DNA of 64,000 bases from Lophium mytilinum (Eukaryota), in contig MU004199.1 in assembly GCA_010093605.1 (NCBI GenBank), positions 806,001 through 870,000 of the forward strand. The letters run 5' to 3'. Each line of letters opens with the position of its first letter. Position 1 is the stretch's first letter. The position numbers and the translations under genes were made by a program. Below, piece by piece: positions 1 to 11,158 of the stretch. The notes beneath the pieces were generated by a model, which had not been told where the DNA came from, searched no databases, and saw nothing but the letters and a program-made list of their open reading frames with translations.

Positions 1-94
1 CTTGGAGGTCCTGGCGCAGCTTGTTGAAGTAGTCGGTGTGCGGCTGCTCCTCCCGCTCTGCTTTCAGCTTTGCGTATTGGTCCAGGAGCGACAT
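1..94 (-). CDS. 5' end of an unidentified gene running off the left edge (MSLLDQYAKLKAEREEQPHTDYFNKLRQDLQ...)
   Basis: ATG at 94 and an open frame to the window edge with protein-like composition. Confidence 0.55.
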   Translation of the reverse strand, partial: MSLLDQYAKLKAEREEQPHTDYFNKLRQDLQ

Positions 95-387
95 GATCGT
101 ACACGATGGAACTGATGAAGTGGTTAGGACTGAGTGATATGCAAGTAAGCGGTCGCAACAGCTTTGGGGTGGTGGTTGGCTGTTTGTGGTTGTGCGGGTT
201 GGCGGAGGCGTGGTGACGGGACGTGACGGATGGCGGTGCTTCTCAGGACATTGTCTCGAGAATATGGATGCATTTGGCATTCACCGCAAGGGCATTGATG
301 GTGTCTGATTGGCCACGTAGCGATGGTCACGTGCTGGCCATACACTTAGAGCTCGACGGGTTTGCTGTTGGTCGGGGTAGGCTATCT

Positions 388-2496
388 CTAGTCCGGTCTC
401 TTTCCATCTGCCCAAGTAGGCACAACTCCTTCACAAACTTTTACGTACGCATCCCACTTCCCTCCACTCACTTCGCCCCTCTCCTTCTCCTTGGCCCACT
501 CCTCTTCCACCCCCTCCGTCGTCCAAAACATAGTCCAGTTCCCGCCAGGCAGCTTCCACGTCCCGACACTCCTCTCAAAGTACCATTTGTTGACGGGATT
601 ATTTGATCGACTCCGCCAAAGGACGCCGTCTGGGAAGCATTGCCGAGTTAGGCAGCGCCAGACTATATCTGCTACACCCCCGGAGCCCTGGGATTTCGTC
701 CGGACGGCGAACTTATCGAGATAGGGGATGGGCGGTTGGTTTGGTGACGAGGAGGGTGGATCTTCCCATGTGCAGATCGCGCCACCTTCGTAGTCGCCTG
801 CAATAATGACACCGGCAACACGGCCACGGATGCGCTCGAGATAAGCGTGGACGTCAAGTTTGCGCTGGAAAGAGTCGTCGATGAGATCAATCAGACGTGG
901 GAAGTCGATCCGTGGGTCGTTTTCGAGAGTTATACAAGTGTCCGAAGGAGATGGGGGTTCCCAAGGAGCGGCGGGGATGATGGTCACGGGGATTCCTTTC
1001 TTGAGAAATGTGGGAGGATTTGCGGTAGGCATCCTGGGCCGATGATGGGGAACTGTTTCGTCAGGGAGAGAAGAGGAGACCATCGGTTTATCGGTAAGAA
1101 GGTTATGAATCAAGGGGTTCTTTGGCCGACGGGTGCGCACTCCAGTAGGGGCAGTTTCATCGTCTGGTTGCGGACGGGATGAGACGGCGGCAGCGGTCGG
1201 TGTGATTATCAAGGCGGAGGAAGACGGCGGTAAAAGTTTCAGGGCCCTTTGAACGACATCGAGGTTCTTGGTGTGGCGGTTGGGCTTGGCCTGTGCGAAG
1301 TTGATGTTGCTTTCCACGAATTTGGAAAATGGATTGCTTCCTCCGAACAAAGATGTGGGCCCTCTTTTTGTCCGCGTAGTATGTACTCCTGTGAGCTCGT
1401 TCCTAACGCCTCGATATTCTTGATCTAAATTGATGAAAACATGCGCGTTGTCTGGTCGATCTCTTGATGTAATACCTCCTAAGGGGTCCAGTATGAGGAT
1501 CCTGTCGAGGAGAGGTCTGTCCTGAACATCTAAAGCATTCAAATGAGGAGGCATCGGATGTATATCAGAACCTTGCATACTTCTCGCTGTGATGCCTGCA
1601 AACTCCCTCGTCAACGCTAGAACGACATCATCCGGCTCAACCCTCCGCTTCTGGAGATTCTTCGTGGTGTACGCGATCGGCGGAATGACAGGAATGATTC
1701 CATCCTCCAACAATGGCAACAACAACCTATTATTCTTGACCTCCACCCCCCCTCGTACATGTACCGTAGTAGGCATCTCATTCTTGACGTCTTCCACCCC
1801 CAGAGCATGTTCGACAACCATGACACCCGGTTCATTAAACTCATGCAATGCATCCACCACCCTCCCCACCTGCTCAGACACTGTTGTTTCCCAGATCTTG
1901 TCCAACTCCAAGCCCTCTGCCACCTCTTCCCCATCACAATCAAGTACAACTGCGATATTCAGTCCCAACCTCACCAATTGGCTCAAAGTCAGCGCAATCC
2001 CACCCAACGTCTCCTTATCCAGCCCTTGCGGCCATCTCAGCTTGACCAGCGCGATATGCAACGGCTCCACGGTCTTCGGAATCCGTTCTGATGGAGCTTC
2101 CCTCGTAAAGGTGGGACTCTCCTCCATGGCCCTCGCAGGCGCATAGAGATTCCCCAAGTTTACACCCGTCTTATGTAGCTGCCATGAGTCCTGATTCACA
2201 TTTTCAGCTGTGGTTTGTCCGCTTTGGCTCTTCCTCGACACCGCCTTTTCCTGCTTGAAATGCTTTAGATAATTCCGACTATCCCTCCTCGCCGGCGATT
2301 CTTCCAAGTTTCTCACGATCCAATCACGGTCTGCGCGTCTTTGGAAGGCGGGTTTGAGGACTTTCGTGGGAGGGGTGAGGAGGGACTCAGTTTCGTCTCG
2401 AGCGGGGACTGATGCACTATCACTTGAAGAAAAGTGTAGACTTCGAGTAAATGCATTTAGACAGTGTCTCATAGATATTGGCTGTCTCATAGGCAT
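388..2496 (-). CDS. ARG2: mitochondrial amino-acid N-acetyltransferase (N-acetylglutamate synthase)
   Basis: 702-aa intronless ORF; Arg/Ser-rich presequence-like N-terminus, kinase-like domain, C-terminal NAT domain (YLDKFAV, WRSRSNNPVNKWYFERSVG). Confidence 0.93.
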   Translation of the reverse strand: MPMRQPISMRHCLNAFTRSLHFSSSDSASVPARDETESLLTPPTKVLKPAFQRRADRDWIVRNLEESPARRDSRNYLKHFKQEKAVSRKSQSGQTTAENVNQDSWQLHKTGVNLGNLYAPARAMEESPTFTREAPSERIPKTVEPLHIALVKLRWPQGLDKETLGGIALTLSQLVRLGLNIAVVLDCDGEEVAEGLELDKIWETTVSEQVGRVVDALHEFNEPGVMVVEHALGVEDVKNEMPTTVHVRGGVEVKNNRLLLPLLEDGIIPVIPPIAYTTKNLQKRRVEPDDVVLALTREFAGITARSMQGSDIHPMPPHLNALDVQDRPLLDRILILDPLGGITSRDRPDNAHVFINLDQEYRGVRNELTGVHTTRTKRGPTSLFGGSNPFSKFVESNINFAQAKPNRHTKNLDVVQRALKLLPPSSSALIITPTAAAVSSRPQPDDETAPTGVRTRRPKNPLIHNLLTDKPMVSSSLPDETVPHHRPRMPTANPPTFLKKGIPVTIIPAAPWEPPSPSDTCITLENDPRIDFPRLIDLIDDSFQRKLDVHAYLERIRGRVAGVIIAGDYEGGAICTWEDPPSSSPNQPPIPYLDKFAVRTKSQGSGGVADIVWRCLTRQCFPDGVLWRSRSNNPVNKWYFERSVGTWKLPGGNWTMFWTTEGVEEEWAKEKERGEVSGGKWDAYVKVCEGVVPTWADGKRPD

Positions 2497-2552
2497 TGAG
2501 GTCCTACAGCATGTCTAGGATTCTCAACTGATTAGCTCGTGCGTTCATGAAA

Positions 2553-2559
2553 TGAGTCA
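2553..2559. promoter_or_regulatory. Gcn4/CpcA (cross-pathway control) site TGAGTCA upstream of ARG2
   Basis: Perfect consensus 57 nt upstream of the ATG of an arginine-biosynthesis gene. Confidence 0.6.
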
Positions 2560-3151
2560 AATCGACGGATGTTGTTACCGTCGTCTTCCCAGTCCCCAAG
2601 CCCCGCAATTGGGCTTTGCAGCGAATGTTCATGCTTCATGCTAACTTCCGGGGCATATACCGCTCAATTACCATCAACATACGTACGTTGTGAGGGTGAA
2701 AAAGTATCGTGGTGGAATTTGCGGAGTCGAACTGCAAGAGTCACATGCCATGCAGTTAAAGTTTGGCTGCATCCGATAAGATAAGAGACAGGTCGGGCCG
2801 ATGTCGGGAGGGGCCGGAGGTGCCACATTTGTACGTCTGTCTGCGTCATCCCCGCGTGGACATTTGGGTGAATTATCGTTCTTTGTTGACCGAGATGCGC
2901 GCATTTTAATAAGCAGGTAACGATCGCGATTTGAACTCACCGAGCAGCGAGCCGTTGAAATAATCTTACACGGACGCTTTCCGCTGTGGCACAGTTCCAC
3001 CTTTCCTTATAAATCTATAGCTATAAGACGTTCAAATAGCTATTCAATTCAGTCCACTTTTCACAGACTACAAGCTCACTCATCATAAACTCCAAGCTCA
3101 CTTTACTCAATTGATCCACCAAGCCCTTTTCAATCCCTACATCAACTCAAA

Positions 3152-4193
3152 ATGTCTCCCCAACTCTCCTGGATCGGCCTCGGAAACATGGGCAGGGTAA
3201 GCTTTTCTATAATCCCAATTGCTCTTATATCCTAACATGTATCCTCAGGGCATGGTCTCCAACCTCGTAACCAAAGGCCCCTCCACCTCCCCTGTCGTCC
3301 TCTACAATCGCACCGCCTCGCGCTCCGAAGCCCTCTCCTCCAAGCTCCCCAAAGGCAAAACCACCATCGCAACCAGCATCGCCGGCGCCGTCAAACACGT
3401 CGACATCATCTTCATCTGCCTCAGCAACGACGCCACCGTCACCTCCACCATCGACACCATTCTTGAGCAGGACATAACCGGAAAACTAATCGTCGACTGC
3501 TCCACCGTCGGCCCCGAAACCTCCAACGCCCTAGCAAAGAAGATCGAGGGCAAGGGCGGTGAATTCGTCGCTATGCCTGGTATGTCTCCCCCTGGCAACA
3601 CGATCCCTCATCTCAGATCACAAGACTGACCAAACACGCCCACAGTCTTCGGCGCCCCCGCCATGGCCGATGCCGGCTCCCTCATCTGCGTGCTCGCGGG
3701 CCCCAAATCCGCCGTGCAAAAACTCCTTCCCTACACCACCAACGTCATGGGCCGCGCCAACATCGACTTCAGCGACCAACCGCCCGGCCAAGCCACCCTG
3801 CTCAAGATCATCGGCAACACCTTTGTGATCAACATGGTCGAATCTCTCGCTGAGGGCCACACGCTCGCTGAGTCGTCTGGGCTGGGCACCGACAACCTGC
3901 ACCAGTGGATCTCGGTCATGTTCCCAGGTCCCTATACCGCGTACTCTACCCGTATGTTGGCAGGGGACTATTACAAGCGCGAGGAGCCGCTCTTCGGCGT
4001 GGACCTCGCGCGAAAAGACGCGGGGCATGCGCTGCAGATAGCGGAGCAGAACGGGGCGAAGCTGCGGGGGTTGGAGGTTGCGGACCAACATTTGAAGGAG
4101 GTGAAGGAGCATCTTGGGGCGAAGGGGGATCTGCCGAGTATATACGGGGCTGTGCGGAAGGAGAGCGGGTTGAAGTTTGAGAATGGGGAGTAG
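3152..4193 (+). CDS. NAD(P)-dependent beta-hydroxyacid dehydrogenase family protein (3-hydroxyisobutyrate/6-phosphogluconate dehydrogenase-like), 3 exons
   Basis: MSPQLSWIGLGNMGR Rossmann motif, then a GTAAGC intron; DCSTV, PVFG and LKIIGN motifs; second intron near 3580-3645. Confidence 0.9.
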
Positions 4194-4281
4194 ATTAGAT
4201 GAGCAATGGACTATGCTAGAGGAATGAAAGAAACGTGAATTCATTGATCGTTCTCATGTTGATATCGTACTGGATGGTAGT

Positions 4282-6591
4282 CTACACCCTGCCCCTCTCC
4301 ATGATCGCCGGCCTGCGCAACGGACTGCTCTCCCAGTTGTCCACTGGACCTGAGTCATCCATGTCCATTTCGAGAATGCTGTCCATTGGTAGGTCGTCCT
4401 CTTCACCGCCATTTGCATCCGCGTTTTCTGGTGAAAGAATAGGGCTTACCGCAATCTTCGGCCGACTTTTGAACACATTCTCGTACTCTGCCTTCTCGCT
4501 GAACAGATACTCCTTCGGAGTTGAATCTCCCTTCGGCTCCTCCTCAATCGCTGTCGACTTCCGCGGCGTCTCGAATTGGTTGACTGGGAAAATCGATTGT
4601 CGTTTCGTCGACATGGACTTCCGGGACTTGTGCTGCGGTGCTAATGAGACACGAGCCATCGATTGACGAGTTCGTTCGGCTAAGGTAGCTCGTCGGTCTA
4701 GGAGAGTCTCTTGGGGGATGACGGGTAGCGGAGGCAAGGATGGCGGGCTTTCCTCAATCGTCTCGGGAAGCTGGAAGGCGCTTGCGTGCGCCATGGACAT
4801 CCGTGCACGTTCTGTGAGAGATAGACGGGGCTTTTTGACCGGCGAGGGGGTGGCATCGCCGATTGAGGAGATAATCTGTTCGGCAAGGAGGTCTTCTTTG
4901 CTAATGGGGAGCTCCGGAGGTGGCGGGGTTGGGGAGCGAGGAGGAGGTGGTGGAGAAATCGGCCGAGTGAACTTTCGGGGGACTTCTTCGTTTTCGTTGC
5001 TTCGTGGTGGGAGCGATGGCTGTGGTTGAAAGGCTGGAAGAGATGGGAGTGTCCCATTGGTGCTGCCGATGAGAGTAGCTTCTGAGTCGATTGGCGTACT
5101 TGAAGGCTCGTATCTCCGGGCAAGAACTGGAACCTTGTCGAAGAGCTGCTTCTTGGGTTCCAGTTTCGGAGCTGGCTTCGGGGCAGGTCTCGCGTCAACT
5201 GCATCCAGTAATTTCTTTGGTATGGAATCCGACCGTGACTTTGTCCTTTTGATAGGCGATCTAGACGGAGAGCCGCGTCTTGGAAGTGATACGGCAGCTC
5301 GATCTTTCCGTAATTTTGATGCTTTGGAGAGTTCGTCATTCATCTTAGAAATGATAACCTGGTATCTTTGAGATGTCGTCGGGCCCTTCGCAACAACCTC
5401 ATCCCTACATTTGCCAATTTGTAACTTCAGGTGAGCATCGAATGTGCAAACCGGAGCAGCGCTTCCTTCGCGAGGAGGTGGCTTCTTATCCTTGGCAGAT
5501 GACGGACGTGATTTGATTTGATCGTGGAACTCCTGCCATCGAATAATCCGGCTCTGCTGCCGCTTCACGCGCGCTTCTAGGCTCTCCAATAAGCCTTCAT
5601 GCATGCCCTGACCTTGCAATGTGCCACCTTTTTCGACTCTTGGCCAAATATCCTTGAACGATTTCTGAAGAAAGACGTCGTCTGACTTTTCATCATCCCC
5701 ATACAGCATGGCATCTATCCATTTGGCATCCCCAGACCAATTTTCGCGCAACTGTCTTTTGACTGAGGCTGTGTCGACATTTCTGGAAAAGGTGCGACCC
5801 GAATGCTTTTCCTCCCGGCAGTTTTCAATACGCTGATTGATATCATCGGCCTTGCTATCTAGCAAATCGGAAAATTGCACGTATCGTTTCCTCTGGACTT
5901 CTTTCCTTGCCAGGGTAGCCTGTAAAGTAGCCTTATGCGCAATGGCCAGCGGCAGCAAGGAGCTCTGTTCGCTGACACTTAGCAATGGTGCAGTAGCCAG
6001 AGTCCTCGCGATTGGTTCCTTCTTTGGGCCTCGTTTTCTTGTCGAAGCTGTCGTCTTCTTTAGCACAGCAGTCGAAAACACCAGCAACAGTTCCATGAGC
6101 TTCTCGTCCTTGCATTCGTCCAGCATAGTCTTCCGGAGAACTGATGCTCGGCCGAGGACTCCATTCTTCTTCAATTCGTTCAAAGAGCGATACAGGGCGG
6201 CGCGTAGGTTTAGGGATTGGAGAGGTTCGAGGGGTGGGAAGAAGGGTTGAAGTTTCTATAGATATGTTAGCATTTGATATCTTATTATATAGGCTATCCT
6301 CACCTCCCGCGTCTCTTCAGCATCCCACATTTGGAAAAGGCGAAATAACGCCCATTCCACACATCGAATACGATTCTTTTGGTTTTGTTGGGCGTTCTGC
6401 GTGGTGAATGTTTGCGCGGTAATTGCTGGCCAATCATCGCAGAGGTCTAGATCCAGCAAATGGAGGTTGGTGAGGAACAGGGCAGTGTTTGAAGGTCTTG
6501 TGGGTCCAGCAAATGCTCTGGCGGACACGCTGCGGGAGGCATTCAGGGTTGCGGAATGGGCTGCGCTCGACGCGGAGGTAGAGCGAGACAT
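4282..6591 (-). CDS. HAUS augmin-like complex subunit 6 N-terminal domain protein, 2 exons
   Basis: FLTNLHLLDLD, CVEWALFRLF, KLQPFFPPLEPLQSLNLRAAL and LRKTMLDECK motifs; coiled coil, then low-complexity tail; intron about 6247-6302. Confidence 0.8.
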
Positions 6592-6876
6592 GGTTTGGGT
6601 GTTCCTGAGTCCATGTATGAGGCAGAGACTCAGTGTATCAATGGGAGAGTGACGCGGTGTTGTGGGGGATTCATTGTCGTGGTGTTGAAGAGCGGTAAAC
6701 AGAAGTGACTCTGTCTTGGCGCGGTGTTTCGCGGGGAAACTCAACACCAAATCTTGTGGTGCCCAAACAACACCAGTCTCCACACAAACTTGTCGCAGTT
6801 TACATAAGGGCATTTCCCGCTCATTTTGCCCGCCCGTTTCTCTTCAATTGCTCCTTACACCCTGGTAGACATTACA

Positions 6877-7826
6877 ATGGCCGATCATGGGGCCGAGTAC
6901 GTGCCACCACCACCGGAAGTGAACGGCCACGATAGTACGTTTTGCAGCGGCCTGTCAAATATATACAAGACTGACCGTACACCACAGAAACCAATTCTGC
7001 CACTGAAAAGGTTCAGAAGCTATGGGTCCTCGAGAGTGGTATGTTGAGGGCGGGCACAGATCCGTACGCAAGACTCTGCACCAAACTATGTCCAGATAGT
7101 ACTCCAAGACTAGACTGACACCTTTGCATAGAAATCGACGAGCTCAAGCCGCGCCCTGAGGAGTCCACTGCATCCCCGGTCCCCTTCTTCCACTTCATCG
7201 AGCGCCTGAAGACAACTAAGCGCGCCGGCTGGGAACGCATGGGCATCATCAAAGGCGAATCAATTAGCGACCACATGTATCGGATGTCTATCATGACCAT
7301 GATGGCTCCTGCATCCGTCACCGACAAGCTCAACATTCCGAGATGCACCAAGATGGCTTTGGTGCACGATATGGCCGAGGCGCTGGTGGGAGACATCACT
7401 CCTGCGGACAAGATCGATAAGGAAGAGAAGTCACGGCGGGAGGAGGAAACAATGGACTACATTTGCACCCGGCTTCTTGGAAAGTTTGGTGTTTTCTCCG
7501 CAGGGGATATTCGCGCGGTCTGGCAGGAGTATGAAGATAGCGAGACGGCGGAGTCCAAGTTCGTGCACGACATCGACAAGATGGAGCTGCTTCTACAGAT
7601 GGTGGAATACGAGCGGAAGTTCGAGTGCAGGCCAGATCTCGGGGAGTTTGCGTGGGTGGCGACCAAGATCCACATGCCAGAGATCAGGCAGTGGGGTAAA
7701 GAGGTTCTAGATGAGAGAATCGCTCTCTGGAAGGCGGCTGGAAAAACACCAAGCTGGCCTCAGAAGCAGCACGAGGAGCCGTTCCTGCAGTGGGCGAAGG
7801 ACATCGGTCTTCCTATATCCTATTAA
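6877..7826 (+). CDS. HD-domain 5'-deoxynucleotidase (HDDC2/YGK1-like), 3 exons
   Basis: LKTTKRAGW, ESISDHMYRM, ALVHDMAEALVGDITP, FVHDIDK; two introns between 6935 and 7130. Confidence 0.9.
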
Positions 7827-9191
7827 GGCATGGCGAACGAGCGGTTCTCGTACCTGCGTGTTTGATACCATTGTTTCCTTGGCATCTGGAGTCCTGATTG
7901 CATAGACGGGAGGCAGCGATGCGGTTTGATTATGAAGCTGGACGGGCCAGACGATAGATTCCTCGGCATGAATTCACCTTTTTCTTACGAGTGATAGACA
8001 TGCGTGTCTTCTGATTGGTGAGAACCGGTATACGTCACGTGAATGACCAATTTAGTCAGTAATCAAAATCTGACAATATAGTAATCCTAGATGGATAGAT
8101 CGACTACTTGAACGACTTACCCCCTTCCCGTATCCTCCCTTCCTAAACCCGATGTTCGTTGTTGTTGCTATGGCCTCAGGTGATTCCCCTCGGTCCTACG
8201 GATAGCGCATCGATCTTTCGTCTCTCAGACCACAACGCGCTAACACCTGTGCGCCATCACCAACCACCACCTGCACAATCCCCTTGATCCGAAATGACCA
8301 GACGACGATGGCGCTGACTAGCGAGAGCCGCCTCGGCGCCGCTCACCGTATCCCACGCCCGCGGAGCAATGGTCAGGTGTCAAAAAGAGGTGCGGATGCG
8401 AAGGAAACGGAGCATGACCTCGACGATGCCTTCTCTATTGTCCACAGGTAATTTCTTTGATCGATTTCCCTCTTCTATCAATCGCAACAAAGGCGTGGGG
8501 TGACGTCTGGCTGGGAATAAGAACGCCTCCCCACTCAACCCCAGATGGCACCAGGCCCGGACCGGACGTTCCCCGCAAACCCATCGCCTTCATTAGCTGG
8601 AGAGATCATCCACCACCCCTAGCTCCGACTGAGTTCGAGCTCTAGGCTCGGTGCCATGCCACGTCTTACCCCCGTACTGCAGCAAATCTAGGGTGCATCT
8701 GAGACCACTGTCGCGAGGCTCGTACCGTCTCAGTTATCCGCAGCGCCGTCCCGGGGCTAGATACGCCATTTTCGGTATCAAAATCGACATTTCTCTCGTG
8801 TGCAGACGGCTCGGGGAGTATTGGGCCATGGAATGAATGCCGCTCTATCATTCCCTTGTGTCCGTTCGCCACAGAAGGGCCTTCCCCAGGTCGCCGAACC
8901 ATTGGCATCACGGGGACCACGCGGGCTGTTTGCGGGGAAATAACGCCAGTGAACTTACCACTTCACCATTCGGGCCGCGTCGACTAAGGGTATCGCTGTC
9001 GGCACTTCAATTGGCGCGAGACTTCGCTTGCTACGCTCTGAAGTGGCCGTTTGCCAATGTGCTCTGCCTCTATGGGCTTAGTTGCACCCGGCGAGCGCCT
9101 TCCCGTCCACTCGTATCTGCTCCTTTGATCCAGCAGGTTTCAGAGCCTAGTGGATCCTCCCGTGACTTGCCTGGAGATGGTCATAGACGAT

Positions 9192-9223
9192 CTCCACTGC
9201 GGAGTCCCCAGCGGAGTCCCCAG
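9192..9223. promoter_or_regulatory. cluster of CreA/Mig1-type SYGGRG sites, including a 12-bp tandem duplication (GCGGAGTCCCCA x2)
   Basis: Five SYGGRG matches on both strands in about 30 bp, 160 nt upstream of an acetate-transporter-family gene. Confidence 0.5.
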
Positions 9224-9383
9224 GTTCCGCATTCTTATTACTTCAAGTACAGGTCTCCCCCGTTTAGTTTTGCCATCGTCATCCATTCTCGACGTGTATA
9301 CTTTCCTCTTCATCGCCCACCAGTGCTTCTTTGATACCCTAAACCCTCTCCTTATCTACGCCTCAGTTTAATCAACAGTCACC

Positions 9384-10563
9384 ATGTCTCACCAACCAGA
9401 CAACTACTCGACGACGCAAGACAATGCCAATTTGACTGCGCCTGCTCCTCATCGAGGCGGCCATAATGGAGCTCCGCTAGAGAAGGACTTTACCAACGGC
9501 ACCAATGGTATGGCTGGTTGTCTTTAACGCGACGACTCGCCTCATTCTAACTGAAAATAGGGGGCTATCACCAGCATCTCGATGCCAGCCATGGCTCAGA
9601 TGAAGCTCTGCGGAGGATCCAAACCGCAGGCAGCATCTCAATCTCCCCTGAGCTCTTCGAGAAAATCTATCTGTCCCCTCAGAACCGCATCCACGGCGAC
9701 CTACGACGAACTTTTGGCAACCCTACTCCCTTGTAAGCTGATTCGACACTATCCACAATCACGTAGTAATCCGACTAGGGCCTTGATTGGTTTCCTCCTG
9801 AGTCTGTCTCCGTTGTCTTGTGATCTCATGGGCTGGAGGGGTGCCGGTGGTTCTGGCGCTGCTGGAATCGCGTCCTATTTCTTCTTCGGCGGTCTGTTGA
9901 TGATTCTCGGCGGTCTTGGAGAGGTATGTCACGCCTTGGCTCCTTCACTCCATCCTATCCATTACTTCGCTGTTGCAATTCGTTTCACCGTTAACACTAA
10001 ACTCAGTGGGTCATCGGCAACACCTTCCCCTTCGTCGTCTTCTCCTCCTTCGGCGCTTTCTGGATGACGTGGGGCGGAACCCTCCAAGTGCAATTCGGCG
10101 CCTACTCCGCCTACGCCACGGATCCAGCCAACCCGGCCACGGGCATCACCTCGCAAGGCTTCCAAGCCTCCTTCGCCTTCTTCTTCCTCGCCATGGCCCT
10201 GATGTGCTTTATCTACCTAATCTGCTCGCTTCGCACCAACATCACCTTCTTCTTCATCTTCTTGACGCTCGTCATTGCCTTCAGCTGTCTCGCAGGCGCG
10301 TTCTGGAACACCGGAAACCCGGCCCGCGCTTCGAAGCTTCTGGTTGTTGCCGGTGGCTTCACGTTTGTGACTTGTGCGTGCGGTTGGTGGATCTTCGCGG
10401 CCATCATGCTGGCGAGCTTGGATTTCCCCATTCAACTACCTGGTGAGTACAGCTCTTTTGCAGTCTGCTTGGATGTGGATGCTAACATGCCACAGTCGGC
10501 GATCTTTCGCGTTACGTCAAGGGCGCCAGTGAGAAGAAGGCCACCAAGGAGCATGACGTTTAA
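9384..10563 (+). CDS. GPR1/FUN34/YaaH family acetate/ammonia transporter (AlcS-like), 5 exons
   Basis: ELFEKIYLSP, TFGNPTP, FFFGGLLMILGGLGE, GNTFPFVVFSSFGAFW, CSLRTN; several TM helices; four GT-AG introns. Confidence 0.9.
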
Positions 10564-11158
10564 GTGCAAGTGCGTGCAGAACAGCCCGATAAGGTGGAAG
10601 GATCTATGCATCCTCGCCTACTTCGAGGCAAAATGGTTTCGTTTTCTTGGACGGATGATATCCAGGCAGTTGACGGGTGCGTACTCAGTTCAGCTTGCAC
10701 GTTCTCCTTGGGGGTCAGGAAGATCGAAAGATCAAAATGGTGTAGTAATTTGGATTGTAAATAGTAGAATGGTGGTATCGAGACGGATGAGTCGTATGTA
10801 AATAACTACTGCGTTACCGCATTAATTGTCGCTTCATGAATGCTTCGTCGTATGAGTCTTCTCTGCCTGGATTCTTTCGAGGGACACGTTTCTTCTGACA
10901 TCGTGATGCTTTCTCTCCTAGCCTCAACAGTACCTAAGCTCACCCCTTCCGACCGAGCCGCGCAAACACCACGAACCCCGGCCGGATCTCCTATCATTCG
11001 CCGGACTCTCCGGCGGCCTAATGGGAGCCTCCTGCTCGAATGTTTCAGCATGTGCGCTTCGCGTCCCTGCGCTCAGGCCCCCTTTCACTGAAAGTCTTTT
11101 CCTCCTGCCTCAACGGGCCTATCTCTTGGCGTCACGCTCGGGCGAATGGGATGGGCGC

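Noticed and set aside
223..2146. Antisense and alternate-frame ORFs over ARG2, and similar ones over other genes such as 11791-12597 and 49213-49908
   Set aside because: Shadow ORFs caused by the codon bias of the real CDS
8457..9371. ORFs upstream of the GPR1/FUN34 gene
   Set aside because: Promoter sequence with no coding signature
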